A stretch of 64,000 nt of DNA from Squalus acanthias (taxonomy: Eukaryota): the NCBI GenBank assembly GCA_030390025.1, contig CM059432.1, positions 19,160,001 through 19,224,000 of the forward strand. Reading direction: 5' to 3'. Positions 11,543 to 24,414 of the stretch are shown here, piece by piece. The translations under genes were made by a program, and so were the position numbers. The notes below the pieces were generated by a model. It saw only the letters and a program-made list of their open reading frames with translations. It was not told the origin of the DNA and did not search any database. Positions within the stretch are counted from its first letter, which is position 1; each line of letters begins with the position of its first letter.

Positions 11543-12506
11543 GGCCTGGATTTCCCGTCACCCCGCTGTTTGGGACACATCCCTTGGGGTGGGGGAGATT
11601 GCCAAATATGGAGTTGTCCACCTGCTTCTGGTAGGCCTTTCAGCTTCGGGTTCATTGGCATTTGGGAGGTCAACTTTCGGCCTCCACTGAGAAGTCACGG
11701 CGGACTGGTAACGGTGTCTTGTTCCCTGCAAATACACCTTTTATTAAAAAAAAATGTTGTCCTCTTTTTTAGCCTCTGCACAGCTGTGCTCTGTACGCAC
11801 TTGCACAAGTCCTGGCATCCAGCATTCAAATCATACTAATGATGGGAAGTACACTGGCAACTTAACGTGGGCCCATTCTGTGCCACCAGGTCCAGACACC
11901 AAGAAATTAGGAAGGCACAAGGTGGCAGGGAGAGAGCTGAGCACTTTCCCAAGCATTGTTCTGTCCTGTCCCACGCCAGATCTGCTGTTTGATGGGAGGG
12001 CGGCATGGGGTGACGGGGTGGGGGGTTGCAGGCAGAATGTCTAGTCCAGCAGACTGCAATAATCTGTGTCTTGTGAATTTCTACATCCTATGTTCCGGTG
12101 TAGAACAATTGGCTCAAGTCCAACAGAATTATTTTTTTTAAATCATCAAGAACAGTCAAGTAATTATTAAGATGTTGCAGATTTAATTTACTTACCTCTG
12201 TGTTATAAATCAATTACCACCACAGCTTATTCCCAGCACAGCTGGACACTCATTCCACTGGGCATCCCTTGAAAATGAAGCCATGCATTTCCAAACAGTG
12301 GGAAAAGGAAGCAGGACATTCCTGCCTCCAAATAATTATTAAGATTAAGCTCCAAGCTGTTTGAGTTGGGCACTGCTGACATGATGGCCCTCACTCCCCA
12401 GCAAATAAGACACAATGCAAAGTGGACGGATTTCCGGCAAAATGAAGCCCCTATCCCTTTTCTGCTCCCAGGTGGAATGGGTGGCCAGGAGAGGAAAATC
12501 CAGGCT
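11543..12506. mobile_element. Harbinger-type non-autonomous element
   Basis: TIR GGCCTGGATTT / AAATCCAGGCT; canonical TAA TSD at 11540-11542 and 12507-12509. Confidence 0.8.
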
Positions 12507-12678
12507 TAACTGTGTGAAATCATAAGAGACTTCTGTATGTCGAACTTGGACTGAGTGAGCATTTTATTACAAATGTGATGAATTTCCAGGAGTTGGTTAG
12601 ATAACACTCTGGCGCTTTGAGTTTCACCCACTGCATAAGGAAAACATTACTGTTAAATAGTCAGGAAGAACATTTTAT

Positions 12679-14629
12679 GGCCGCAATTTCACCAGCAGAG
12701 GCGGGATCGCGGCGGGAGAGGTGGTTGGCGGGTTCCGGTCACGGTCCCGGCTGCAGCCACTCTGTAAAAAGGATTTTCTGTTCTAGGGCTTGTTAAGTCC
12801 AACCTGCGGGGTTCCCAGCCAATTAAAAGGAAGCTGGTCTCCTGACGTCATTTGATGACACGTCATCAGCCGGTTTCCTTAAACGGACCATGGCCGCATT
12901 CATTTTGATAGTTGTGCTGTCAGTGTTCTACAGCATTGAGGTGCTGCAAACACTGACAAGCACTGCACAAAGGTGCATGGCTGCACTCAGGCTCTCGCAT
13001 GACTCCCTCCCTATGCTTAGGGAGGGAGTCACAGCACGCAGGGAGGTTCTCTTCCCTTCCAATGGGCGGAAGACACCTCCCCAGGACACCAACGCAGCCT
13101 GGTTGAACATTGCACAGGAGGACACAAGCAGGAATGTCGTCAGGAGGGCCAGGCTGCAGTGCCGCAAACCTTTCAATGGTCTCAGTAGATCATAAAACGA
13201 TACTGCAAAGCCACATCCAACCTCATCCTGCTGTGCCACTCATCACATCCCCATCACTCTGCCTTCCCTACCCTACTCCTGCACATCCTTACTCACACCA
13301 ACTTACCTTGTACCTCCACCCATTCCTTTCTATCTACATTATCACTTCCCCATCTCAGTAGCCACCCCTCACACTCACCCTCATCCTAGTCCAATCATAC
13401 CAACTAACAACACACAAGGGTAGGCACTTGGGTGTTTTATACAATGTTCTTGTAAATTTTCTGGTAATCTGTTATCAAACATTGAAATCTTTATTTTCAA
13501 CACTTTGCCTTATTGGACAGATCTGTGCTCACCAAACAGTGGGAAATGGAAGCAGGACATTTCTGCCTCCAAATAAATATTAAAATGAAGCTCCAAGCTG
13601 TTTGAGTTGGGCACTGCTGACATGCTGGCCCTCACGCCCCAGCAACTAAGACACAATGCAAAGTGGATGGATTTCCGGCAGAATGAAACCCCCATCCCTT
13701 TTCCACTCCCAAATAGAATGGGTGGTGTCTTAGTGAGTTGCAGTGAATGGTGAGACATAACGGTATCCCCCGCAATGGTGATGAGTGTGAAAGGAATGGC
13801 TTGGTCATTGTAGGAAAGCTTTATGGTGATGGTATTGGGTGGTGTTAACCTGGCACAGCATGTGGCAGCCAGGGTGTACAGCATCAAGTGAAGTAAATCT
13901 GGCCATGGTGATGCCATTGCTGGCCTCCCGGGCAGCAATGTTGTCGGGTGCTGATGCCCTGTGTCCTGTGCAGCATCAGATGATTGCGGAGAAGGTTGGT
14001 GATGTTGGTGTGCCTGGTGATGTTGGTGTTGGGGCTGATCGTGGAGGGATTCAGAGGACCAAGGTGAGATTTTTTTCAAGGGCACCGATGTTGCTGGAAT
14101 AGATGGCAGCTGAAGTTGAGATGACAGAAGCGATCTGTCAATGGTGAGAGAGCTTGCTCCAAGGAGGTGACAATGGATAGAGAGTTTACTCCAAACACTT
14201 TCAAACAGCATACAGCTCAAAAGTGTCTTCCAAGTCCTGAAGGCTCAAGCTTCTGCATTGGAAAGTGACCAGCTGTGAAATGGTAGCTTTCATACCACTT
14301 TTGCAGCTGCCACCTATTTACAGCAATGGGGAGACATAGAGAACCCAACATACTTACCTGATGTGATCTCCGAACGACGTGAACCCCGTTAAAAATGTGG
14401 CAAAATAGAAAAAGGCTGGCAAAATAATAGTTAACAAGCATAAACAAGCAGTTAAGTATCTTAAATGCCTCCCCCACCGCTTGGTGTCGGGTCTGTTCTG
14501 AAATCGCAGACCCGACACTTTGGAAACTTACATGTTCGCAGCGGGTTCCCAACCTGCTGTCAATCATTTCGATTTTGACAGCGGACCCGCCTCCAAACCC
14601 GCACTCTGAGCACCAGCAAAATCCAGCCC
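12679..14629 (+). mobile_element. Non-autonomous Harbinger element with Myb/SANT exon remnant (~12970-13195)
   Basis: TAT TSD at 12676-12678 and 14630-14632; imperfect TIR; ORF 12890-13195 contains AAWLNIAQE...LQCRKPFNGL. Confidence 0.8.
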
Positions 14630-17190
14630 TATCAGTCCGTTTCGCTGCTCAAAATGTCAGCATTTGTTTTGAAACAAATAACACGAGGTTATCAATTTAC
14701 AAACCCCTTGCAGTTATACAGTAGAAACATCTCAAACCACTTCACACAACAAATTACTTTTTGAAGTGCAGAGGCTGCTCTGTAGGCATTGCATCTTATG
14801 AGTTAAGTGTTTCTTAATATACACTGCATCAATATTTGATTAGATATTCTTCTGTTAATATTAATACTTGTGATGTCTCAGGAATGTGTTAATACAGATG
14901 TCATGTCTCCGTGCCTTTGGGTCTGCTGAACAGGTTGTAAGATAGAGCTTGACAGGCTTTTTTATTTTTTGCCATTTGTCATATCATACACTGTTCCCCA
15001 TCACAACCTTCATTTCTGAAGGATGTCTTATTCAAAGCACATTGTAGCAGTGATAATTATTACTGAGGTCCCTAGGGCATATAAGTACCTAATTGTACAG
15101 TTGTATCATGAAATTGAGAAAAATTAATTCAGACAATCACTGCCTAGCTGGTGGCTAACAGAGCTCACTGTGACCAACTTCAAAGGAAGCTCCTTGGATA
15201 ACAGAAGGTATGGAGCACACTGAATTTCTCAGCACTCCGATTACTAGTCTAATTAAAAGTGAACCAAACTGCAGCAGTAAAATCATGCCTTTCAGTGCAT
15301 TCCTCATTTGCCTTTCCCTTTAATAATATTTCTGAACCTTTCCCACTGTGTTCCTCACAGTGTTTCACATATTTAGGCCACTGTGCTGTCTGTGACCAAT
15401 TCGTTTTCTTTTCTCGTTGCTCTTTCCTTTTCTTCTGTGGTTGCTGACTTGACTCTCAGGTGCATAGGTTCACAAGCACCGAGAGCTCCCCCAGTGCTCA
15501 CCCAAGTGGTTATTCTTCATGTGTGAGCTTGAACAGTGAGTGCCTGCAGGCTGTTCACCACAGAGTTGATTAGAGCCAAATCTGCCCTCATCCAACATCC
15601 ACATCTAGAAGTTCCAGTGGGTTCTCTGGACCAGGAACCCTGTCTGATTCTCCCACTCACTATCCCAGGAGCACAGGAGATAGTTTCGCACAAATTGCTG
15701 CCCAGCCGCACTCAGTTAATTTAACACAGAACCGTCACTAACCCTTGGTCCTTCCAGGCCTGTATAGCTTGGTGCCACTATCAGACCCACTATGCTGTGT
15801 CAATTGAGATGTTTTTGTTTTTTTATTCGTTTTATGGGATGTGGGCATCGCTGGCAAGGCCAACATTTATTGCCCATCCCAAATTGCCCTTGAGAAGGTG
15901 GTGGTGAGTTGCCTTCTTGAACCGCTGCAGTCCGCGTGGTGAAGGTACTCCCACAGTGCTGTTAGAGAGGGGAGTTCCAGGATTTTGATCCAGCGACGAT
16001 GAAGGATCGGCGATATACTTCTAAGTCAGGATGATGTGTGACTTGGAGGGGAACTTGGAGGTGGTGGTGTTCCCATGTGCCTGCTGCCTTTGTCCTTCTA
16101 GGTGGAAGAGGTCATGTGTTTGGGAGATGCTGTCGAAGAAGCCTTGGCGAGTTGCTGCAGTGAATCTTGTAGATGGTACACACTGCAGCCACGGTGCGCC
16201 AGTGGTGGAGGGAGTGAATGTTTAAGGTGGTGGATGGGGTGCCAATCAAGCGGGCTGCTTTGTCCTGGATGGTGTCGAGCTTCTTAAGTGTTGTTGGGGC
16301 TGTACTCATCCAGGCAAGTTTTACTCTTATCTGGAAGGAGGAGAGCATGCCAGGGGATCTCAGAGATGCCGTAATCATGACCATCTTCAAGAAAGGTGAC
16401 AAGTCCGATTGCGGTAATTACAGAGGAGTCTCCCTGCTGTCTGCCACAGGGAAAGTCATCGCAAGAATCCTCCTCAATCTCATTCTCCTAGTGGCTGAAG
16501 AGCTCCTCCCAGAGTTGCAATGCGGATTCCGCCCACTAAGGGGCACAATGGACATGATCTTCACCGTGCGTCAACTATAAGAGAAATGCAGGGAACAGCA
16601 CCAACCACTGAACATGGCCTTCTTTGACCTCACAAAGGCCTTCGACACCGTCAACTGTGAGGGATTATGGAGTGTCCTCCTCAAATTCGGCTGCCCTCAA
16701 AAGTTTGGCACCATCCTCCGCCTGCTTCACGACGACATGCAAGCTGTGATTCTGAACAACGGTTCCACCACAGACCCAATTCACGTACGGACCGGGGTCA
16801 AGCAAGGCTGTGCCATCGCACCAACGCTCTTCTCGATCCTCCTGGCTGCAATGCTCCATCTTACCCTCAGTAAGCTCCCCAATGGAGTGGAGCTAAACTA
16901 CAGAACAAATGGAAAACTGTTCAACCTCCGTCGCCTCCAGTCCAGATCCAAGGTCGTCCCATCCTCTGTCATCGAATTACAATATGCAGATGACGCTTGC
17001 GTCTGCGCACACTCTGAGGCCGAACTCCAAACCATCGTCAACACCTTCACTGGGCCTTACACTAAACATCCGTAAGATAAAGGTCCTCTACCAACCTGCC
17101 CCCGCCACACAGTACTGCTGCCCGATTATTAAAATCCATGACGAGGCCTTGGACAACGTGGACCACTTTCCATACCTCGGAAGCCTACTG

Positions 17191-18838
17191 TGTAGAATTC
17201 GCAAATTATCGCGATTTAGAAATAATGAGAAAGAGACATACAGTTTCGTAAACACAGCTTTATTTCAGCAAAATGCTGTCAGGTTTCAAAACGGACACAA
17301 GCAGCCTGTAAAATGCCCGCCACGCCTCGTGGCAGAAGTTTCTAGACTTTTCAGCAGGCAGACAAGATGGCGTTTCAATAAACATTTCAGCAAGATCGGA
17401 CAGGACTCAGCATATTGAGATAAGACAAGATGAGATCGTTTTGCATTTTAAACACCCAAACAAGGAATATAAGTGCTGGAATCGGGTTTTCCATGCGCAA
17501 ATAAGAGCTATTGTACTGGACAATTAAGGGCCCATCCAAAAGACATTGATACGCAAATTCCCCACGGCTCTACGATGAGAGAGCCGTTCGCAGGTACTCA
17601 CAGCAAGAATTCGAAGGCCCCCAAAACCCCTCCAGGGAGACTCTTAGCCGGTTCCACAAGGGGAGAAATATTAACGGGTACTCAGACAGTTACAAGTATC
17701 ACCGAAACCCATTAACGACAAGTACCACCCCATACAAGAAGTTTGAGCGCCAAAACATGACAAAAGATGGACATTAAAGATTGGGCGGGAGATAAGGAAT
17801 TACAGTACTATAACTGTAGTGTCCATACGTCCATCTTTCTCTTATTCCTTTGACTCGCTAGAGAACTCTTGACTCTTATTCTCTGATCCGCTGATTTTCC
17901 GGGAGTCAACCTCGTGGCTTGCCGCGAAGATCTGTGGAGAGCTGGTCTGCGAAGGCCGGTAATCGGGCGCACCATCCCGAGAAGTCGGTAAACGGTGTTG
18001 GAACCGAAGGCCCGAGAGGAGATGAGATGAGATGAGATGAGATGAGATGAGAAGAGAAGAAGACGACTACACGTGCCGCCGCGGTCAGTAAACCCCGACC
18101 GCGCCTGAAAATCGATTAACTACTTCTTCGAATTCTATCGGCTACTCCACAACTGGCCCTGGAAGACTTTTCTTCGAGTTCTACCGACAACCGGTGTAGG
18201 GCACAGGAAGACTCTTTTTCGAGTGGTATCCGAACTCCGAGGTCAACACAGATCTTCATGACAGCAGACGGTCCAGCCTGCTAGCCGGAGCAAAGCGAGT
18301 AAACAAGAGGGGTACAGGGACCCCTGATCAACACATGAATAGTCAGGTGTTGTGGTGAAAACATCCGAGCAGCGTTTCGGAATTCTCCGAGTTATCACGA
18401 GTGGTGAGCATGAGTCTCGATCCTACAGATCTAGATTAGGACAGGTATTGATAGGGGAGGGTTTATGTTTTAAGGATAATTATAATGTGTGTCCCCTTTT
18501 ACGATGTGTCGTGCGCTCCTCGTTTCCCTAAACCTAGTTGCATAGATGTATGTAAGTTTGTACTGTCATTAATCTGTGCTTATGACATGTATTTCGTAAT
18601 CTTGAATAATATGCAATAAAGATTTTCCATTTCGTACTATTCAACGGGGTCTACCTGAGTTTTCTCTGCATTATTGCTCTCGCACCTAAGTCCAGTGTCA
18701 GAACCGTAAGGGCGAGTGGGTCGAACCACTCACAAGTGTTTAGTGTCACCAGGCTGGCTGGAGACCAGAACAGGCAACAAGGCCTAACCCCGCACTAGCA
18801 CCCAGGCTAAGCACAGAGCCACGGCGAAACCCCTTACA
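17191..18838 (+). mobile_element. Solo LTR (1648 bp) inserted in the RTE
   Basis: TGTA...TACA termini; 4-bp TSD ACTG at 17187-17190 and 18839-18842; TATA-like 17809; AATAAA 18615; RTE frame resumes after it. Confidence 0.88.
18021..18062. repeat. (GATGA)n/(GAAGA)n microsatellite inside the LTR
   Basis: Direct reading. Confidence 0.9.
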
Positions 18839-19829
18839 ACTGTCAACAAGGGCAGACGTTGATGACGAAGTCCAACACCGTCTTCAGTGTGCCAGTGCAG
18901 CCTTCGGTCACCTGAGGAAGAGAGTGTTTGAAGACCAGGACCTCAAACCCGGCACTAAGCTCATGGTCTACAGAGCAGTAGTGATCCCGCCCTCCTGTAT
19001 GCTTTAGAGACATGGACCATGTACAGCAGGCACCTCAAAGCACTGGAGAGGTACCACCAACGCTGCCTCCGCAAGATCCTGCAAATCCACTGGCAGGATA
19101 GGCGCACCAATGTCAGTGTTCTCGCTCAGGCCAACATCCCCAGCATCAAAGTTTTGACCACGCTCGATCAGCTCCGATGGACGGGCCACATCATCCGCAT
19201 GCCCGATACGAGACTCCCAAAACAAGTACTCTACTCGGAGCTCTGACACGGCAAGACAGCCTCAGGTTGGCAGAGGAAACGCTTCAAGGACACCCTCAAA
19301 GCCTCCTTGAAAAAGTGTAACATCCCCACCGACACCTGGAAATCCCTGGCCCAAGACCGCACAAAGTGGTGGAGAAGCATCGAGGAAGGCGCCGAACACC
19401 TTGAGTCTCTTCGCCGGAGCAAGCGGAAGCCAAGCGCAAACAGCGGAAGGAGCGCACGTCAACCCAAGTACCCCACCCACCCGCCCCTTCAACCACCGTC
19501 TGCCCCACCTGTGACAGAGACTGTAGGTCCCGCATTGGACTCATCAGTTACCTGCGAACTCATTTTTAGTGTGGAAGCAAGTCATCCTCAGTTCCGAGGG
19601 ACTGCCTAAGAAGACTCATCCAGGCAAGTGGAGGGTATTCCATCACAATTCTTACTTGTGCCTTGTAGATGGTAGAAAGGCTTTGGGGAGTCAGGAAGTG
19701 AGGCACTCGCCGCAGAATACCTAGCCTCTGACCTGCTCTTGTTGCCACAGTATTTAAAAAGGAGCCAAATAACTGCCTGGTTAGGAATAGGAATAAAACG
19801 ATTAGCACAAATAGAGATAATAGATAATA

Positions 19830-20445
19830 AAGCATTTGCGTTTATAGAGCTCGCTTCACATCATCTGGATGTCGCAAAGCTCATGGTCTACTTCCTACCA
19901 ACAAGTTACTTTTTTAAAGTGTGACCACTGTTGTTACAGAGGCAAACATGTCAGCCAATGGCATGCAGGCAAGTCCCACAAACAACAATATGATAAGACA
20001 AAAGCAAAATTCTGCGGATGCTGGAAATCTGAAATAAAAACAGAAAATGCTGGAAATACTCAGCAGGTCAGGCAGCATCTGTGGAGAGAGAAACAGAGTT
20101 AACGTTTCAGGTCGATGACCTGTCAGGTCGAGGAAAGGTCCTCGGTCTGAAACGTTAACTCTGTTTCTTTCTCCACAGATGCTGCCTGACCTGCTGAGTA
20201 TTTCCAGCAATTTCTGTTTTTATAGCAATAAGATAAAGACCCTTTAATCTGTTTTGTGAGGTGCTGGTTTAGGGACGACTGTTGGCAGGACACTGAGAAA
20301 AAGCAATGCTTTCCTTTGAAAAAGTGCTGTGGGATCTTTTCTATCCAGACAGACGGGATCTCGATTTAATGGCTCCAACAATGCAGCACGCCCTTAGTCT
20401 TTGTACTGACGTGTCAACCTGTCTCAAATGTGCTCAAATCCTGGA
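19830..20445 (-). mobile_element. tRNA-derived SINE split by a Penelope-like insertion
   Basis: Reverse-complement similarity to 57857-58288. Confidence 0.6.
19997..20223. mobile_element. Fold-back Penelope-like insertion (family A)
   Basis: Inverted arms ~20034-20121 / 20136-20223 meeting inside the hammerhead motif; imperfect TSD CAATATGATAA / CAATAAGATAA. Confidence 0.8.
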
Positions 20446-20924
20446 GCACCACAAATAAGTGCCTCATGAAATGTATCAGCTTGGCTTAGTTGGTAGCACT
20501 CTCACTTCTGAATCAAAAGATTGATGCACTGTCTGCCCAACAGAACTGATGAATCCACATTCAACAATGACTATATTTTTAAATTGTCACATTTTTTACA
20601 TTAGTACAGCAAGCGACTACTGATTTTTAATTTGGCTTTTGACTTTGATACCTGCAGCAATACAAATTACTAGCTGGCAATCAGTATGGGGTTAATGGAA
20701 TGCAGGTAGCACAGCTTCCAAGGATTTCATTTGCTTTTATTTTAAGTGTCAGCTGGTGCATTTGGGAGCACTCTTGCCTCTTATTTAGCAGTTTCGGTGT
20801 TCAAGACCCACTGTGCAGTTCAGCACATAATCTCGGCTGACACCTCATTGCAGTATTGAGAGTACTGTTGCATTGTCAGAGGGCTCTCCTTTGGATGAGA
20901 TGTTAAATAGAGGCCATCAGCTCA

Positions 20925-21400
20925 TGGAATCATAGGATTGTTACAGCACAGTAGGAGGCCATTCGGCTCTCTGCAAGAGCAATTCAGCTAGTCCCACTCC
21001 CCCTCCTATTCTCCGTAGCCCTGCAAATTTTTCTTTCTTTCAGGTACTTATCTAATGCCCTTTTGAAAGCCACGATTGAATCTGCCTCCACCACACTTTC
21101 AGGCAGTGCATTCCAGATCATAACCACTCGCTGCGTAAAAAAGCTTTTCCTCATGTCGCCTTTGGACCTTCTGCCAATCACCTTAAATCTGTGTCCTCTG
21201 GTTCTTGACCCTTCCGCCAATGGGAACAGTTTCTCTCTATCTACTCTGTCTAGACCCCTCATGATTTTGAACACCTCTGTCAAATCTCTTCTCAATCTTC
21301 TCTGCTTTAAGGAGAACAACCCCAGCTTCTCCAGTCTATCCACGTAACTGAAGTCCCTCACCCCTGGAACCATTCTTGTAAATCTTTTCTGCACCCTCTC
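20925..21400 (-). mobile_element. CR1 3' fragment, inserted in a SINE
   Basis: ORF 20984-21394 is the CR1 ORF2 C-terminus. Confidence 0.9.
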
Positions 21401-21685
21401 TAATCTATCTGTTCTGATGGTTCAGATGAACATTAAAGATCCCTTGGTTTGATTTGAAAATGTGAGGTGCTGGTTTAGGAACCTGCACAACATTCCTCCT
21501 GAGCCAACACCACTGAAACAGATTAACTGGTCGTTCATCTCATTACTGTTTGTGGGATCTTACTCGGCCACACTGTCTACTTAACAACCGCAATTCCAAT
21601 TCATTCTATGTGACGTGCAGCGAGATGTGATCAGGAGTTTATGCAAGATGTACCTTCTTTTAGTCTGTCAACACCTGAAATGATA

Positions 21686-21912
21686 GAAACATAGAAAAAT
21701 AGGAGCAGGAGTAGGCCATTCGGCCCTTCGAGCCTGCTCCGCCATTAAATATGATCATGGCTGATCCTCCATCTCAATACCATACACCCGCTCTCTCCCC
21801 ATACCCCTTGATACCTTTTGTGTCTAGAAATCTATCTATCTCCTTCTTAAATATATTCAGTGACTTGGCCTCCACAGCCTTCTGTGGTAGAGAATTCCAC
21901 CCTCTGAGTGAA
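21686..21912 (-). mobile_element. CR1 3' UTR fragment
   Basis: Matches 228-460. Confidence 0.85.
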
Positions 21913-21952
21913 GGTTAACATTTTGAGTATAGTCCCTTCCTCAGTATGATGA

Positions 21953-22132
21953 GGGCCGATTCTCACTCCCAGTGGGAGCCATGAAGGTTGGGCCTCAATA
22001 ACATAATTGGAGCCTGATCTGCAAATTTAAAGAAGAACCCAACAGTGCAGTTTAAGATTGAAACCAGCAGGAACTGTGCGGATAAGTCACTGCGGCCATT
22101 TAACTGCGGGCGAGCAGGGTTAGAATAGGCCC
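21953..22132. mobile_element. 180-bp Harbinger-type MITE
   Basis: TIR GGGCCGATTCT / AGAATAGGCCC; TSD TGA/TGT. Confidence 0.65.
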
Positions 22133-22391
22133 TGTAGGTTCTCAGTTGTGGGGGTGGGGACAGAGAAAGGTTATACCAAGGATGGCACCTGGTTAAAGAT
22201 ATTTAATGTAAAATGTGAGATTAGATAAATATCCTGAAGTTTTGCTTGATTCACCGTTTTAAACGAGAAGAGGGCAGGATGATTATTTGGCAGACTCTAC
22301 TCTGAAGTGGTTAAATAGGTGAAATCAGTTGAAGCAATCATATTATATAACACGCGGAAGGAACATGCTTATTTGGCCACATGGTCTTGTT

Positions 22392-22642
22392 TCATTTCAA
22401 GCATTCATATAAGGGAAATGTTCTGAGTTGGCGCTGCTGCTCAAAGTCCATCGGCTGTGTCCATTGGGAAGTGGTGGGCATACTGCCCATAATTTTCCAT
22501 CGTCTTGATGGATGGGAAATTGAGGGCAGAGCCTCTGCCATTGTGACCACGGGAGATAGGGGCTCTGTCGGCAGCATGAACTCAGTAGATTGGCCTATGC
22601 TCTGTTCTGTGTTTTTTTGAAATCTCTGGGAAGGATATATGC
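22392..22642 (-). CDS. Candidate terminal coding exon of an unidentified host gene
   Basis: Apparently non-repetitive sequence; acceptor TGTTCTTTTTAAGTAG followed by an ~83-codon open frame ending LRTFPLYECLK*; no recognised homology. Confidence 0.25.
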
Positions 22643-23322
22643 CTACTTAAAAAGAACAGTCTCACATTTGAAAGTACATAAAATATGGATAGCACATTGC
22701 GGCAAGATCCCATTTGTTCCTACCGACTGGCTGTCGGACCTGATTTTAATTTGTTACTGTATTTATTAATCATTAATACATGGTTTACATTGACATTGAA
22801 AATGAGAAATCATTACAGTCTTTGCTGCTGCGACATTTTGGCAAAAAATTGTTAGTCGAGCAAAAAGAAGCACATTTCCTTTCTGTGTGAGAGGAATCCA
22901 TCAACTGCATTATCCTATAATGAGATAATCTACATAGTTACATCAGGTGCTGAATAGACTTCAGTCACTTTTTACATGTCGCATGAGACTTCATCTTGCT
23001 ATCTTATAATGATACAATACACTTATAATAGTGTAACGAGTGCCATTAGTGAAGCAGAATTGTATCCCAAAACATCACATGCAATTAACTGTCAGCTAAT
23101 GAGCAGATGTTTTTATATTAATGATAGCTTTAACATCTGTTAGCCTTCATAGCACACAGTAAGATGTCACCAAAAATACTTGGAATTTAGGAGTTTATAG
23201 TTTTAACCTTCAACTGCTTTCCACAGTGGAATTTCCTAAATATTTCAAGCAACAGAAGGTTATTAAAGATTGAACTTAATGTAATAAATGTATAAATAAA
23301 ATAATAGACACCAATAATTGAT

Positions 23323-23451
23323 ACAAAAGCAAAATACTGCGGATGCTGGAAATCTGAAATAAAAACAGAAAATGCTGGAAATACTCAGCAGGTCAGGAAG
23401 CATCTGTAGAGAGAGAAACAGAGTTAACGTTTCAGGTCGATGACCGTTCGT
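23323..23451 (-). mobile_element. Penelope-like family A insertion, truncated within the hammerhead core
   Basis: 11-bp TSD CAATAATTGAT at 23312-23322 and 23452-23462. Confidence 0.85.
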
Positions 23452-23819
23452 CAATAATTGATTTCTGCTTTGCATAGGTCTTGTGATAGCAGGCCAGCTG
23501 AGCTGGGCGCCACACGGGCAATCTGATAATCTCTGTTCCCGAGATTATTTTTCTAGCAAGCTAAAAAGAAGTAAATGATGCTGGATGATATACAAAAAGA
23601 TCATCTCAGTCAGGCTAGGAAACGGCATTGAAAAGACTAAAGGTGAGGAAATCATCTCCAAAATGGTTGGGAGCACGGGAAATAGGAATGCATGGAATCG
23701 GCAGGAAAACCGAGGAGAAAACCAAAGTGTGAGGTTGAAGGTGTAAACTGAACTTCTCCAATCTTTCCATAGGCAGAACTGATGAGCACTCTGATAATAT
23801 TTCAAAAAATTAAACAAAT

Positions 23820-24405
23820 GCTCCATCAAGCAGCACCTGCTCACCAATAACATGCTCACCAACGCTCAGTTTGGATTCCGCAAGAAATTCTCGGCTCCAG
23901 GCTTCATCATATCCTTGATCCATACATGGATGCAAGAGCTGAATACCAGATTAGAGGTAAGAGTGGCTAGGCTGAACAGCAAGGCAGAATTTGATGGAGC
24001 ATAGCACGATGGAGCCACAGCAAAACTGAAATCATTAAGGGTGAAAGGCATAAACTTCCACCAAGGACAGAGCAGTTAACTTGATTCATGCCCATGCTAC
24101 TGGACCCAATATTCACTCCCTCCACCATTAGTGCACTGTGGCTGCAGTATGCACAATCTACAGAATGCATTACAGCAATTCACCAAGGTCACTTCGACAG
24201 CACATCCCACCCCTGCAACCTCAACCATTGAGAAAGACAAGAGCAGCAATGTTGTGGAAACAGCATCACCGCCATGTTCCCCTCCAAGTCACATACCATC
24301 CTGACTTGGACACATATTCCTTCATATTTGCAGGGTCAATATCCTGGAAATCCCTATCGATTTGGGAACACCAAAACCACAAGGACTTCAAGGAGGAGGC
24401 CCTGT
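23820..24405 (+). mobile_element. Decayed HER1-like LINE fragments
   Basis: Similar to 25800-26000 and 26700-26850 (AAVCTIYRMHYSNSPR). Confidence 0.7.
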
Positions 24406-24414
24406 AGGCCAAGC

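Larger units (their letters stand above)
16320..19613 (+). mobile_element. 5'-truncated RTE-clade LINE
   Basis: 16-bp TSD ACTCATCCAGGCAAGT at 16304-16319 and 19614-19629; RT motifs FFDLTKAFDTV, GVKQGC, LQYADD; AAG tail. Confidence 0.93.
15810..19755 (-). mobile_element. HER1-like (CR1-clade) LINE 3' fragment (15810-16319, 19614-19755) split by an RTE
   Basis: LDTIQDKAARLIG...AAVCTIYK; homologous to 26529-26855 and 27183-27468. Confidence 0.85.

Noticed and set aside
13510..14220. 236-aa His/Gln-rich ORF
   Set aside because: Lies inside a non-autonomous Harbinger, low complexity, no recognisable domain
18120..18230. Repeat-spacer-like array or heat-shock elements in the LTR
   Set aside because: Only three degenerate repeats in eukaryotic DNA with no cas genes; spacing does not fit nGAAnnTTCn
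21914..21944. Hammerhead-like remnant on the minus strand (CTGAGGAAGGGACTATACTCAAAATGTTAA)
   Set aside because: GAAA and stems are decayed; not supportable as a ribozyme
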